From Octopus sinensis (taxonomy: Eukaryota): DNA of 64,000 nt. Position 1 is the stretch's first letter. Each line of letters starts with the position of its first letter. Under the pieces are notes generated by a model. It was not told the DNA's origin, searched no databases, and saw nothing but the letters and a program-made list of their open reading frames with translations. Positions 1 through 29,387 of this stretch are shown in pieces. A program made the translations under genes and the position numbers. The stretch covers positions 23,374,001 to 23,438,000 of the forward strand of contig NC_043001.1 in the NCBI RefSeq assembly GCF_006345805.1, written 5' to 3'.

Positions 1-675
1 ATTTTCTACAGCTGGATGCCTTTCCTGTCGCCAACCCTCACTTGTTTCCAAGTAAGTTAATATTTTCCCATGACCAGACGCTTTTCACAGAATATTGGAA
101 AACACTTGCATGATGGTGACAGTTGTTTACAACCATCATGCAATGTCAAGGCAAGGAGACAGTAACATACTTATATACAATGGGTTTCTTACAGTTTCCA
201 TCTACTAAATCCACTCAAAAGGTATTGGTTGACCTGGGACTAGAGTAGAAAATATTTGCCTAAATTGCTACACAGTAGGATTGAACATGGAACCATATGG
301 TTGGGAAGCTAAATTCTTACCATTCACACACTGGCACACAACTTATTGGAGAAGAGGATTGGTATTTAATTTAAACAAAGTTGGTGAACATAATGGCACC
401 CTGTATACAATTAAGAAAGTGAAGCTTCAATATACTGTGGTATGGTACTAAAATTTGTTCAGAACTGAATCTCATTATTTATTGTTTAATAGTTTGTGTC
501 CAAGAATCCTTAAGCAGCAAATCATAGCAGAGACACTTTTGATCATGGAGTTCTTGCAAAACCAAGGCTGACTTAATCCTTTAGTATTTAAACCAGTGAT
601 ATCTGGCCCCAAATATTTTACCATCAGTATGTTTAAACTGGTCTCTCGCACCTACCCTACAATATCATTCTAAAG

Positions 676-842
676 GCACAGGTATGGTTTTGAGGTAAGA
701 AGCTTGATTCCCAATCACACAGTTCCAGATTCAGTCTCACTGTGTACGGCACCTTTGGCATGTGTTTTCTACTATAGCCTTGGGCCAACCAAAGTCCTGC
801 ATGCAAGTAGATTTGGGAGCAGGAACTGAAAGAAGCCTGCTG
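676..842 (+). mobile_element. tRNA-derived SINE, family A (degenerate)
   Basis: Matches other window copies (ggcaccttgggcaagtgtcttctactatagcc...aactgaaagaagcc). Confidence 0.7.
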
Positions 843-875
843 GATATATATATATATATATATGTATATTTATAT

Positions 876-1135
876 ATCATCATCATCGTTTAACGTCTGT
901 TTTCCATGCTAGCATGGGTTGGATGGTTCAACCAGGGTCTGGGAAACCAGGAGGCTGCACCAGGCTCCAATCTGATCTGGCAGTGTTTTTACAGCTGGAT
1001 GCCCTTCCTAACGCCAACCACTCCGTGAGTGTAGTGGATGCTTTTTACGTGCCACCGGCACAGATGCCGGGCGAGGCTGGCAATGACCACGATCAGTTGG
1101 TGCTTTTTACGTGCCACCGGCACGGAAGCCAGAAA
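876..1135 (-). mobile_element. SINE-like repeat, family B ((GAT)n tail)
   Basis: aggaagggcatccagctgta core and catcat tail; shared with 2250-2532, 33240-33640, 38528-38720, 43255-43405 and 59508-59870. Confidence 0.8.
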
Positions 1136-1611
1136 TGAAATTAATAAGGTACTATTTAAGTTTTTACTTGCTAGCCACTTTATTATTATTATATAAAATT
1201 TTATACTGGCTCACATTATGTTCATTTTTTAATGTCACGGGGGCATTCAAATGAAAGAAAACACATGGTGTAATGTGATGAATATTTCAAAAATGGATTA
1301 TTTGCAGTAAGCCTGGCTGATGAGCTTTAAGTATATTCATACAAAAAGCAAAAACAATTGATCCTGGAATATCTGTAGTTCATACAAGGTAAGCCTATTT
1401 CTGTTATATTTGTTGCATTTGCCCTGTGTATTTTAATAGTGAGAAATTTGTGATTTTGGAACAATAGCTCTATTTATAGCAAATGGTATTCTGATACCCT
1501 ACTAAATTTCTTTATATATATATATATATCAGCATCATCATCATCATCATTTAACGTCCGTTTTCCGTGCTAGCACGGGTTATATATATATAGATATATA
1601 TATATATTATA

Positions 1612-1910
1612 GGTGGAGATGCAATCGCCCAGTGGTTAGGGCAGCGGACTCGCGGTCGTAGGATCGCGGTTTTAATTCCCAGACAGGGCGTTGTGAGTGT
1701 TTATTGAGCGAAAACACCTATAGCTCCACAAGGCTTTGGTAGGAGATGGTGGCGATCCTTGCTGTACTCTTCTTTCGTTACAACTTTCTCTCACTCTTTC
1801 TTCTGTTGGCCTGCTCACTTAGCCAGAGGAATGGCATCATTTGAAGGGTAAAACAATGGGAAGCGCATTGTGACCAGCGATGTGTAGCAACATCTGATAG
1901 CCTGGTCGGT

Positions 1911-1916
<6 letters not shown>
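1612..1916 (+). mobile_element. tRNA-headed SINE
   Basis: A/B-box-like tRNA head (cccagtggttagggcagcggactcgcggtcgtaggatcgcggttttaattccc) runs into non-tRNA body; related heads at ~17115 and ~40720. Confidence 0.65.
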
Positions 1917-1951
<35 letters not shown>

Positions 1952-2249
1952 TATATATATAAATATGTGTTCCCTCCACCCACCTACCACATGACAACCA
2001 GCGTTGGTGTGTTTACATCACTGTAACTTAGTGGTTTGGCAAAAGAGACCAACAGAATACCAGGCTTTAACAAAATATACTGGGGTCAATTCATTTCCCT
2101 AAAAATTCTTCAAGGTGGTGATCCAGCTTGACCGCAGTCTAATGACTGAAACAAAAGATAAATCACGTCATTGAAGTGTCAAAGGTATGAGATATTGCAT
2201 GAATAATTCAAAACAATGTGAATATATAAACATTACATTTGACAGAGTA

Positions 2250-2532
2250 ATCATCATCATCGTTTAGCGTCCGCTTTCCATGCTAGCAATGGGTTGGACG
2301 GTTCAACTGGGGTCTGGGAAGCCAGAAGGCTGCACCAGGCCCAGTTTGATCTGGCAATGTTTCTACGGCTGGATGCCCTTCCTAACACCAACCACTCCAT
2401 GAGTGTAGTGGGTGCTTTTTACGTGCCAGACGAGTCTGGCAAACGGCCACGATCAGATGGTGCTTTTTACATGCCACTGGCACGAGGTCAGTCAGGGCGG
2501 CGCTGGCAACGGCCACGAACGGATGGTGCTTC
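2250..2532 (-). mobile_element. SINE-like repeat, family B
   Basis: Close match to 876-1135 and 59508-59870. Confidence 0.8.
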
Positions 2533-5500
2533 TGAATGCTAAAGGGTTAAGAGTTAAACAAAGCAACAACAGATGTGATAACAGTTCTCTTCGAGGAAAG
2601 ATTTATTTGTAATTGGATCAGAAGAAATGACTAAATAGAGGGAGATTTCCCTTTGGTTGAGATGAATACGTCAATCTGATCCAGCAAACTAATGATCAAA
2701 GACATTGCACTCATGCCCATCACATCTACTTTCTAGGCAATCATATTACACTGAAATATGTTCGTTTTATTTGTTGTTCCCTCACCCACCAATATTTCTA
2801 TGGATTTTAATAATAAAATCTATATATTGACTAGAAATGTAGTTGATAGTTCTAACGCACTCAATGACATAAATGCACACAGATATATATATATATATCA
2901 TCATTGCTTAACGTCTGCCTTCTATGCTGGCATGGGTGGGTATATAGGGTGTATATATATATAATCAAAATAAGCAACAAGGATATCCTTATTTTGATTA
3001 TAATCACCCCATTTAGAATTATATGGATAATACCATACTAAATTCTGGTGCCTTTAACTTAAGTACCATATTCATCTGAATCTAAATTTTACTGAACTTG
3101 TATATGTATATTGATGGCAAGTGTTCTCTACTATAGCCCCGAGACAACTGATGCCTTGTGAGTGATTAGGTGGACAGAAACTGTATGGAAGCTCGTCATA
3201 TGTATGTATATGTGTGTGTTGGTTTATGTCCCCTAGTAACTTAGCAGTTTGACACACACACACACACACACACTTCACTGAACCTAACACTTTCGCATCC
3301 CGTAATCGGTCCATTATAAATTTTTTATTGAGATCCAGTTAGCCTATAATTGAACTGGATGCTAGTTCAACATGAATACAAAATTTGTTGAAGATTGGTT
3401 CGCTGGTTTGAGCAACAACATGGTAACAGACAGACAGAAATTACCATTTATATATAAAGATACACATAAGCCTGTTACTAGCTGTCTGTTTAGTTCCAGG
3501 TCAGTTCATATCCAACAGGCTTGCAGTCAAAGGAATTCTACCCATAATTATCCCATGTTCTATTTTTCAGGCGTAGTGTATACTTCAGACTACATTATTC
3601 AATATTCTAAACAAAAAAAGAAAAAGGGACAGCAGAAGATAACACGAAGGAGATTTTTGAGTGTTTCTACGTTTCATTCTAATGGTGTATAGGGGTACCT
3701 GAAAAACACACTCATCATATATAAATATATATATTTCCAAATACGCCAGCTAAACTAAGTTGTACTGTCTATTAGTCGTAACACACCCGCTGTTTTTGTC
3801 CCGTTTTTACCATTATTGTTTTTTGTAATTTATATTCGTGTGGCATCGTCCGTTTTTCTGTCCCTGTTTCGTATACATTCGATCCTTTTTTCCAAGAAAT
3901 CTAATGCTCGTATCTTAGTTTTTCCTTGGGGCTGGCCGGATCGGAGCGATCTCAAGATTAATCAGCCGAAATTGCTAGGATGATCCGGTTCTTAACTGAA
4001 GATTGAAGGCTTCGAATGTCCCGTCCGTGTTTTTTGTATCGTCTTCTAAATGTTTTACGTTCTTGTCCCAGTTTGTATTTTTCTACATATAATATATATA
4101 TAAATATATATTAGCTGAGGTTTCGAATACGCCCCCCTCTGCCTTTTGTCTTTTTTCCCTAAAGGAAAACTAAAGGGTAGGATGCATGTTCAACACTGCC
4201 GTCCTCTAATATTTTGAGAAAAGACTATCCCATACTCCCCCCTTTTTTTTTGTTTACGTCAGAGATTCTCGATGTAAAGGCAGCGTTACATTTTCTTTCA
4301 TTCATTTTCTAACAGTTAGGTCAAAAAAAAAAAATGGGACCAATGAAACGAAATGAAAGGATTCTATATTTAGTTCTATGTGTAAAGAGTAACAAAAAAA
4401 CAAAATAGTGACAAGTGATTCGGTATAATAATACCCAAACGCCGACATTGAAACGTGGGATGGGAGGGCAACGTTGGAACGCTTTAAAACCAAGACAAGC
4501 ATTTCGAAACATCACCCCACATCACTAACCAAATAAAAAAAAAAGCATCCGCAAATGAATAGGACGTTTTATTTTCCATTTTGACTTTCTTTGAAGGGTT
4601 GTCTTAATAATGATTTTTTTTTTTGTTGTTGAATTTTTTTTTTGATGCTCAGTCAGAGGGACACTATAACTTTTTATAGACCCCCCACCGAAACTAGTGT
4701 AAGGAAGAGAGGAATGTATTCTTAAACCGGAGACGAGCCCGAAAACCTGCAACAGGAAATATTCCGTTATATAAAAGCAACCAAGTACCAGGTGGAGGCG
4801 TTAAACCGGGCGATGCAATTAAAGTGACTACCCAAATACTCCACTCCAGGCCGGAATTTGAACTCAGAACGTGTCTATGCAACATTTCATAGTATTGAAT
4901 TGAGAGCAACATTGAATAACCAAATAATACATTGAGGTTAATTCTCATCAACATGTACAAAATAAGTACAAGGAAGCCTCTATATATAGTTGCTCAACCA
5001 GCTAAAAACAGCAGATAAATTTCCCTCATATCATATCTTATTGACTTTGTAATAAAAGACAATGGATAGTGTAGTACTAAGTGACCTGTAAAAAAAGAGT
5101 ATGACGCTCTAATTATTCTGCTGGTTTGGCAGAATATTTAGAGCATCAGCCAAAATGCCAAGCGCTATTCAGTTTCAGCTTTTGTCCCGAGTTCAAATCC
5201 CATCAAGGTCAACTCTACTTTCGTCCTTCCGGGGGCCAATAAAATGAAATACCTACCAGTGAGGGATAAAAATGATAGAAAACCGGCATAATTAACTTTC
5301 TACAAAACTTTAATTAATTCATCAATTAACTTTCATAATTAACTTTCTGCCCAGCAAAATATTCAAGTAACGAAACAGCTTTTAAATGATTGTTAGAACA
5401 AAAGAAATCATCAAAATATTTTGTGAGATGAAATGAAGAAGGGAGGGCTAGAAATTATATTTTTTTAAAAATTTCATTTCACTGCTATGCGTCACTACAT

Positions 5501-6842
5501 CTTTTAAGGAAATTCATCGTATTTATATATTTTTTCTTCTGATATCGTTATGGTTCACATATTTTCCATTCAGTTTATGGATCTTCTAGTCATTTGAAGT
5601 GTATCATAGTAGTAAGCAGTACATTTTATGGTATTATATAGCTCTAAATATACAGTGAGTTGGTATTGCATTTTTTGTCAGTATTTACGTAATGTACGGC
5701 AGTATGTATATTTGGTATTAAAAAAATAAAATTCGGAATATAGTCTACAAATACGATATCGCTTATTTTCCAGATACACAAGTAATGATAACGATCTTAT
5801 ATAAATAAAAATACGCCGTCTTTTTCAATTAGCGCCGGTCTACAAAATTAATTGCGCTTATCAATTCATTTACATTACTTTTCTCGTATTTTAAATCCAA
5901 CCAATTATAAGGATTGATTTATATTCTGAGAAAAAAAACTTTCAAGATATGAATAAAATTATATAATAGAAGAAAAAAAAACAAATATGGACCTAACCCT
6001 TCCTATATAATAAATCTGCGACTTAATATACCGTTAAGTACCAGCTCAAATGAAATGTGTAACAGCCTTTCATACCTCAACAAAGAAATTAACGTATTAT
6101 TTCAAAAGAGGTATTTAATTTGGTCGGCCCCTTCCAATGTTTTAAGCACGTAACCAGAAACATTTTAAATGTATTTATGGCCCTCAATGCTGTATTAAAA
6201 AAAAATAGGCCTCCACCCTCATCGAAATATGATGAAATTATATTTATTCATCAGCTTCCTGGACCCGATGCTACGGCAACCCGTAGCGCCATGGACGAAT
6301 GTAACTATCATCATAAAAAATCATGCGAAGAATATATACAGAAAAGAAAAAAAAAAGATATTATAAAATATATAGTATTAACTGAAAATAAATAAACTGC
6401 AGTTGCGTTGAAGACAGCATCACGTTTTCATCCTGCAAAAATCTGAATTGCAACTAAAATATCTTAATACATGTAGATTTCATTTAACCTATAAATTTTT
6501 AACACAGACACAGAAAAAAAAAATGATGAATCAAAATTATTAATCAAAATATCCACTAGAAACTGAACCGCTTCAGATATGCTTACATTATGGTATTTTT
6601 AACCGGCTTTGCTTTTTAGATGATTATTAGTAAAATATATATATATAATCTGAGTTAAATGTAATATGAATGGGGAATAAAAAAAATTAATAAATAACAA
6701 TGTGCTCTGTTTATTTGCTGGTAACAATTTACCTATTTCCTTTCAGCTTTAGATGTTTAGAAAAATAGCCAGGTATCTTAACAATTTAATAGCATCTACA
6801 CTTTTACGCCCCAATATTCAAATTAGTCGCTTAATATGGTCG

Positions 6843-6908
6843 TGTATATTTATATGTGCGTGTGTATATATAAATATATATGTGTATGTATATATATAAA
6901 TATATGTG

Positions 6909-6941
<33 letters not shown>

Positions 6942-7020
6942 ATGTATATATATATGTGTGTGTGTATGTATATATATATATGTGTGTGTATGTATGTATA
7001 TATATGTGTGTGTATGTATG

Positions 7021-7051
<31 letters not shown>

Positions 7052-7114
7052 ATGTATGTATATATATATGTGTGTGTATGTATGTGTATATATATATGCG
7101 TGTGTATGTATGTG

Positions 7115-7157
<43 letters not shown>

Positions 7158-7184
7158 ATGTATATATATATATATATATATATA
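6843..7184. repeat. Compound (TA)n/(TG)n/(TATG)n microsatellite
   Basis: Directly visible; source of the spurious YIYI/VCVC ORFs. Confidence 0.95.
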
Positions 7185-7316
7185 CAGGGTGTCCCCAAAA
7201 AAATGTATACACACCTTAAATAATTGTAAATTTGTTATTCTTTGTAAGCCTAGTACTTATTCTATCGTTCTATTTTGCCGAACCACTATGTGTATACATT
7301 TTTGGGGGACACCCTG
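7185..7316. mobile_element. Tc1/mariner-type MITE
   Basis: TIRs CAGGGTGTCCCCAAAAAAATGTATACAC / GTGTATACATTTTTGGGGGACACCCTG, flanked by TA. Confidence 0.8.
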
Positions 7317-8081
7317 TATATATATGTGTGTGCTTTGTTGTCGGTAAGTTCCCTAACGAAGGTTTCCGCTCCTTTCGTTTCGAATTTGGGAGCAATCTTC
7401 GACTCTTTCAATCCTAAGGGATTTTAACCTAATATTTACACGTTATCGTTTACCTGCATCAACATTCAACGTTCCCCCCAAAACAGAATTTCCTATATAT
7501 ATATCCGCAAATATATGAACCAAAGCTTGCTAGAATTATAACTTCGCGAATTGATTTTTAAGGCGATTTACCTTATCGTAATGCCAATTAGTTTGATACC
7601 TTTACTGCTTCGCTGTTTCTATGCTCGAATTTCGATGGGGGTCGACTTATTTTGCTACCTTTTGATAAACTGGCGCTACAAAATGCCGGCTGTGTTAGCC
7701 TTGAAAATCAATTAGCGAAGCTAAAATTCTTGAAATAAATCATAAAATAACCAACCAAATTTTTTCTTTTAGAAAATTGGAAAATATCAACGAAATAGAC
7801 ATATATAAGGACGGTACTAGTACCTATAGGGACCATATTAAAAGGCCAATTTGAATTAAGGACCGTAAAAGCGGGTACCCCCACGTGCTTTCGCGACTAA
7901 ATTTTAATTTCAAGAATAAAAGTTTTAATTTCTTATAGTTTCATTGGTTTGCTTTTTTTCTTCATAGTCTTCGTTGTAGTATACAACCAATCAATTAATG
8001 GATGAAATTCTTAGTTTACTTCCACTTTAGCGATTTTGAGACGGAAAAAAAAAACGTAAATGTATAAGAAGTTATCAGATT

Positions 8082-8470
8082 TGTGGTGGCTGAGTGGTAA
8101 AAGAGTTTGCTTTCCAACGGCAAAGTTCCGGATTCGGATCCACTGCGTGACACCTTGGGCAGGTGTTTTCCACTATAGCCCTCCCTGGGCCGACCAATAC
8201 CTTCATAAGAGGATTTAGTAAAGGGAAACTGTACGGAAGTCTGTCATGTATATGTAATGTCTATGCGTCTTTGTACCCCCCACCACTGCTTGACAACCAG
8301 TGTTAGTTTGTTTACGTCCCCGTAACTTAGCGATTCGGCAAACATAACCGAGAGAAATAAGTATCAGGCTTTAAGAAAAAAATAAGTACTTTGTCCGATT
8401 CGTTTGACTGAAACCCTTTAAGGGCGATGCCCCAGCATGGCCACAAGTCCAATGAAACAAGTAGGAAGTA
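8082..8470 (+). mobile_element. SINE family A (degenerate, near full length)
   Basis: tRNA-like head, gcttgacaaccagtg core, ccagcatggccac tail. Confidence 0.75.
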
Positions 8471-8939
8471 AATGATAAAAGCATCAAGTCAAAAAAATGT
8501 AGAGGTTTACTTAAAGCGGTTTTGTTGGCAGATGATGAATGTAACGTCAATAATAACTATAAATACTTTGTGGTTCAGTTTAGATTCCTAAGAAATGTAC
8601 TTACAATGGTGTTTCTACAACAGTTTTCAATATAACAAACATCCAAGCTCGAACATCCACAAGATGACTAGCGCATCCTCATCGCTTCACATTTTCGTAT
8701 TGTTCAAATGTGCGAGTTTATTGACGAGGAAGCTATAATTACATCAAGATTTTATTAACATTATTGAAAAATGCTCAACTATAAAAAAGTATATTACATT
8801 AATTCCATCATTAAAATTTTAACTCTGTATTTAGGAAACTCAAAAATTTAAAATTAATCTTCCGCCTAAAAGTATAGTTCATATATTTTGCAAAACTTTA
8901 CGGAAATAATAAAGAAAAATATGTTATTTATACCATATA

Positions 8940-9290
8940 CTTTTAATTTGGTTGATATTTTGATTGGGATAGAAGTAACTCTAAATATTTAGCTGTTTGT
9001 TTTCTTTCGAATAGGAATAACGATTTCTTGACGATGACGTAGCCATCGCGTAGGAATTTCCATTTTTTTCCACTTCACAGTATCCGCGCCTGGTGTTAAG
9101 GTGCGGTACTACCGTTTGGTGAACACTAGATTAATTCCAGTAGGATATTTAAGAATCCTTCTTAAACTGACATATTTTACATTTATTTCTAAAAATCAAA
9201 CTTAAAAACTAAAATCCTTTCTTCTTCTTCTTCTGAAAACTTTTGTTTAAATTCTTTATCAAAAATTATTCTCAATTTTCATACATAACA
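8940..9290 (+). promoter_or_regulatory. Putative promoter/5' UTR of the helicase gene
   Basis: Reverse CCAAT (GATTGG ~8962), TGACGT CRE-like site (~9035), CCATTTT initiator/YY1-like motif (~9060), CpG retained; TSS not known. Confidence 0.45.
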
Positions 9291-25067
<15,777 letters not shown>

Positions 25068-25737
25068 ATCAAGCATTTTCTCACTTAGTTATTATTGTTG
25101 TACATAGATGCTCCAATATATTAAGTCATTTCCATTTTCACGCTGCATGTGATGTCTTTGTGCTTTTTATCTATCATTAACCAAAACAACAATGGAAAAA
25201 AAAAGAAATTAAAGAATTATTTAATAACTTGGTTTTTGTGTTTTTTTTTTTTAAAAATACATTGTTTTTGCATATTTGATATAGATTCAGATGCAACTTT
25301 GTTGTTGGTCATCTACTATTCAAAATGCTTTCCTGTATTGACTTTGGTTTAGATACTTTGTGTGCAATGGACTTTAACTGGCCAAAATAATATCTTCAAA
25401 CCAGTGAGATCTTTACTTTAAAAATAGACAATCAGGTCATTGAACTCACAAAGCTACAAGGTAATGCATGACATTGAAATCTGGGAATAAGCATTACATT
25501 TGGATGCTAAAGGGTCAAGGATGAAGGTGATGATTCAGTCACTTTTGGTAATATACAACTTCCACATATTCAAATTGCTTTGTTGGAAAAGTAAAAATAT
25601 TAGAAATGCCAATACAACTTCCACATATTCAAATTGCTTATTTTACCATGAAATAATTGGCTTACATATAATTAGTAGGTTTTGCAGCTTAACTTTTCTG
25701 GATTTTAATTAAAAGATATTTCAACAATACAGATTTT

Positions 25738-25743
25738 AATAAA
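25738..25743 (+). terminator. Candidate poly(A) signal AATAAA of the helicase 3' UTR
   Basis: AATAAA about 670 nt after the stop, just before repeat-derived sequence resumes. Confidence 0.35.
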
Positions 25744-26174
25744 CTGATGGAAGATGGGTATAGGACTTGTTGATTATAAATTTACCATACCAACAATATT
25801 CATTCTTGTCCATTTTCATTGCAAATGGAAATCGAATACTCTTAAAATGCTGATTGCTTAACTAGTTAATATTTTATTGAAACAAGGAGGCAGTTGCTTG
25901 CAAGTTATGAAGTTTCTTTCTGAGAATAGTGTTATAAATTTGTTTCATATGCTAAATTTGGAAAATAAGCAGGTGTCTTACCCCGATGTTAACAGCTTAA
26001 GTCGATAGCATCAACCCCAAAAGGATGAATGGCAAAGTCTACCTCAGTGGAATTTGAACTCGGAATGTAACAGATGAAATACCACTTCACCCGAAATGCT
26101 AACGATTCTACTGGCTCATCACCCTAGTTGATGAAAAATATTAAAAGCACTTTGACTACAACAACAGTCTGAAT

Positions 26175-27610
26175 TATAATAATAAAAACATTGTGTACAG
26201 TGCTCAGGTGCACTACAACTCATCTAAAGTGTATGTATAATCAGGTGTAGTTTTGGCGGATTTCGGAAAGCATGAGGGCCTTAAAGGATGCAGTGTCGTG
26301 GCAGTCAACAACTGATGCAGGCAGTTTGTTCCATGCTTCAGCAACTGAGTGAAAAAATGTTTCCAAAAGTCATGGGAGCTGTGTTGTTTTCTGACTTTGT
26401 AGGCATGTCCACGTGTGTTAGACACAAGAAGATCAAAAAGGTATTCAGTGTTGTGGATGTTTACGAAGTCCAGTCGCCGGAGCTTCAGGGAAACAAGGCG
26501 CTCAGTGTATGGTAGGTGTCTGATGGAGGGTATGTGTATGGTTGCACATCTCTGAACAGATTCCAGGAGGTCACTGTTCTGAGCAAGATAGGGGTTCCAA
26601 ACTGATGATGCGAATTCCAAGTGTGGTTGTACCATAGCTGTATATAGTTTTAAATAGATGGCTGGAGAGCGGCTAACAAAAGTCTTGAGTGATGCCAAGA
26701 CACCCTCGGCCTTCTTGACAATTTTAGAGATATGCTTTGTCCAACGCAAATCTGATGCCTAGGTCACGTGCGCAAGAGGATTTCTTGATATCAGTGTTGT
26801 GGAGGGAGTATGTGGACGCAGGGTTTTTTCTGCCAAAATGCATGGTGGTACACTTGTCCACAGCCAGTCTGTGATCCATTGCTGCATTGTGTCCAGGTCT
26901 GATTGCAGGAAAGAGCTGTAGACAACAGGATCGGTACAGCTTGATGTCCTCTGCATATTTCAATACTGTGGCATCTATGTCATTAATGTATGCCACAAAC
27001 AAGAGGGGACCAAGGACAGATCCCTGTGGTACACCCGATGACATCTCATATGGTGTAGAATGCTGTCCTAGAACTGTGACTACCTCCTTTTGGCTGAAAA
27101 TGAAGGATTTCAACCAGTTAAAAAGATCATCCCTCACACCCATTGCAGAGAGTTTCACCATAAGCCTTTTGTGTGGCACAGTTGAAAGCCTTAGCAAAGT
27201 CAAGGTAGACAACATCCACCCATGAGCCACTGTCAGTGATCTGAGTAATGTCCTCAAGGAACTCGACAAGCTGATCACTGCAGCTGGAGTTAGGGACAAA
27301 TCCATATTGTGAGGGTTGGATGAGACTGTGAGAGCTCCAGAAGTTCCAAAATGTTTCTCTGACACACGATTCCATCAGTTTTGCAATACAGCTAGTGAGA
27401 CTGACTGGGCGATAGTTGACAGGTGATGTGCGGTCGCCCTTTTTGAACAGAGGAATGACACTGGCAGTTTTCCACTGCTCCGGAGTAGCACCATTGTTGA
27501 GACAGTGCTGGAAAAAAATAGAAAGCAGGTGTAAAAGGAAGTACCTGCCACGTTTGAGAAGCAGGTATGTAACTCCATCAAGACCAGGGGTGGCATAGTT
27601 GCGCTTATTT
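26175..27610 (-). mobile_element. CR1-clade LINE, 5'-truncated, frameshifted RT
   Basis: DVVYLDFAKAF, SGVPQGSVLGPLLF, HLEFASSVWNPY and TRGHAYKV split across frames; 3' tail also present at ~43440-43565 (+). Confidence 0.9.
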
Positions 27611-29387
27611 TGAAGGTGACGTTGCAGATGTTATTCCATTTGAAGGTGACGTATAGATGTTATTCCATTTATTAATAGTGCACTTGGTAGTAGGCTGCTG
27701 AATGCAGCCACCTTGGAGAAATCCCTTCAAGGACCCCAGATTTTGTCTACCTTCCATGATGGTATGGGTTTCATAGAGGGCACCTGGAATGTTCAGATCA
27801 GGCCCTACTGTATCTGGTTGTACTCCGAGTCTGAAGCTTCCTAGAACATGGTAAACACTTGCCTACTCATCAATTGCTGCAGAAAAGTTTTTGTCAGAAT
27901 CTGAAGAGATATAACAAATCATTAAGGCTCCTTTAAAACTGCAGATGCATACCCTCTCAACCAGTCTTGCAATACTAGGATGCTGAGGTATGAAGCTGAA
28001 ATTGCTGATGGCAACAACATTCATTAGTAAACATTACATAGAAATGTCCAGAGTTCAAGCAGTACACTTTCGAATATGTGAAAGCCAACACCCTTACTAA
28101 TTAAATAAGGCATACTAGTTACCAATAAATTAAACATTAGTGAGCCGTGCATTAATGAGGTATTGCAAAGAACTATGCTGATGGAATCAAAAGTACACTA
28201 AAAAAATATTTAAATATAACCATAGTTTTTGAGCAGACTGCCACAAATTTCTCTTAAGATATGGCCGTCAGTATCACCAATCCTGTCAAGTTGATTCCTT
28301 GTCCTACAGTTAATGGAGCTGCATCATTTACTGATATTTAAAGAACAATCTTCGGAATTCCTCTTGAATCGTATCTTCCTCTCCTGAGAGATTTAGGATT
28401 TTTAAACCATGTCTCTGATCAAAGGGAAAGAACTCCGGTTAGAAATCATTCTCTTCTGCGTTTTGGCAGACGAAGCAAACAACTCAAATGATCTGAAAGA
28501 AGTACAGAAGCATATTTTGATTGTGTGGTGATGATCCTTTGGTTCCTTAGAATAATCTTTTACAGGGATATAGAACCATTTGGTGAAACTTCGCGTAGTG
28601 ACAGTACGAGTTCTGGCGTCTACCAAATATATGTCATATATTCTGTCATTAGACTGAGGTACTGCTTTGAGTTTTAGGCAAACAAATCGATTTCAGTACT
28701 TTATTAGTTTCTTATGCTGGACTGCTATGTTATGAAGATGTAAACAAACCAACACCAGTTAAGTAGCGATGGACAAGCTTTTGAACTTTTTACCACACAG
28801 CCGTGTCTCTACCTAGGTACATTTATTTTTATAAGACACCCATTTAAAACACTGGGCAAATCCTTACGGTAAAGTACTCAATGTGCAGAAGAAGAATGTA
28901 TTTGTTTACTCGGGTATCTGATGTCATCATTTGAAATATATATATACAGGTATTGAACCTCTTAGCCAGCAACCTTGGGACCGGAGGTGGTCCAGATTTC
29001 TGGACACAGGCTGAAAATATAAAATAAACAATGGAAAGTAATAAAAATTATAATAAATTGAGACACTTGACTGTGAGAAGAGGGCATCCACACAAGAACT
29101 GGTGTCATGATGCATATGCCTATGGAAACAAAACAAAGCAATCACGTGGTGAACTACAGCCTGCAAAATTCAAAGCTACCCTGATTTTTGGACTCCAGAT
29201 AAGAGTCTGTATATGGTTCCACATAAAAGCACCCAGCACACTCAGTAAAGTGGTTGGCTTTAGGAAGGACATTCCAGCCATAGAAACTATACCACAACAA
29301 CTGCAGCTTGGCAGTTCTGGTCACACCATCAACCTATGTCAGCATAGACAACAGACATTAAAAGATGATGATGGTATATAAATATAA

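Noticed and set aside
1620-1692. tRNA-like sequence
   Set aside because: Imperfect acceptor and T stems, no terminator, and it continues into a repeat body; a SINE head.
6818-7347. Cluster of 105-155-aa ORFs on both strands
   Set aside because: Translations of TA/TG microsatellite; no coding signal.
7345-7420. Possible additional hammerhead remnant
   Set aside because: Core too degenerate on both strands to distinguish from chance.
25553-25639. 28-bp direct repeat in the 3' UTR
   Set aside because: Simple local duplication with no evidence of function.
27620-28630. Possible exons of a second gene on minus
   Set aside because: Short ORFs, no recognisable domain and no consistent splice chain; probably an old TE remnant, but unresolved.
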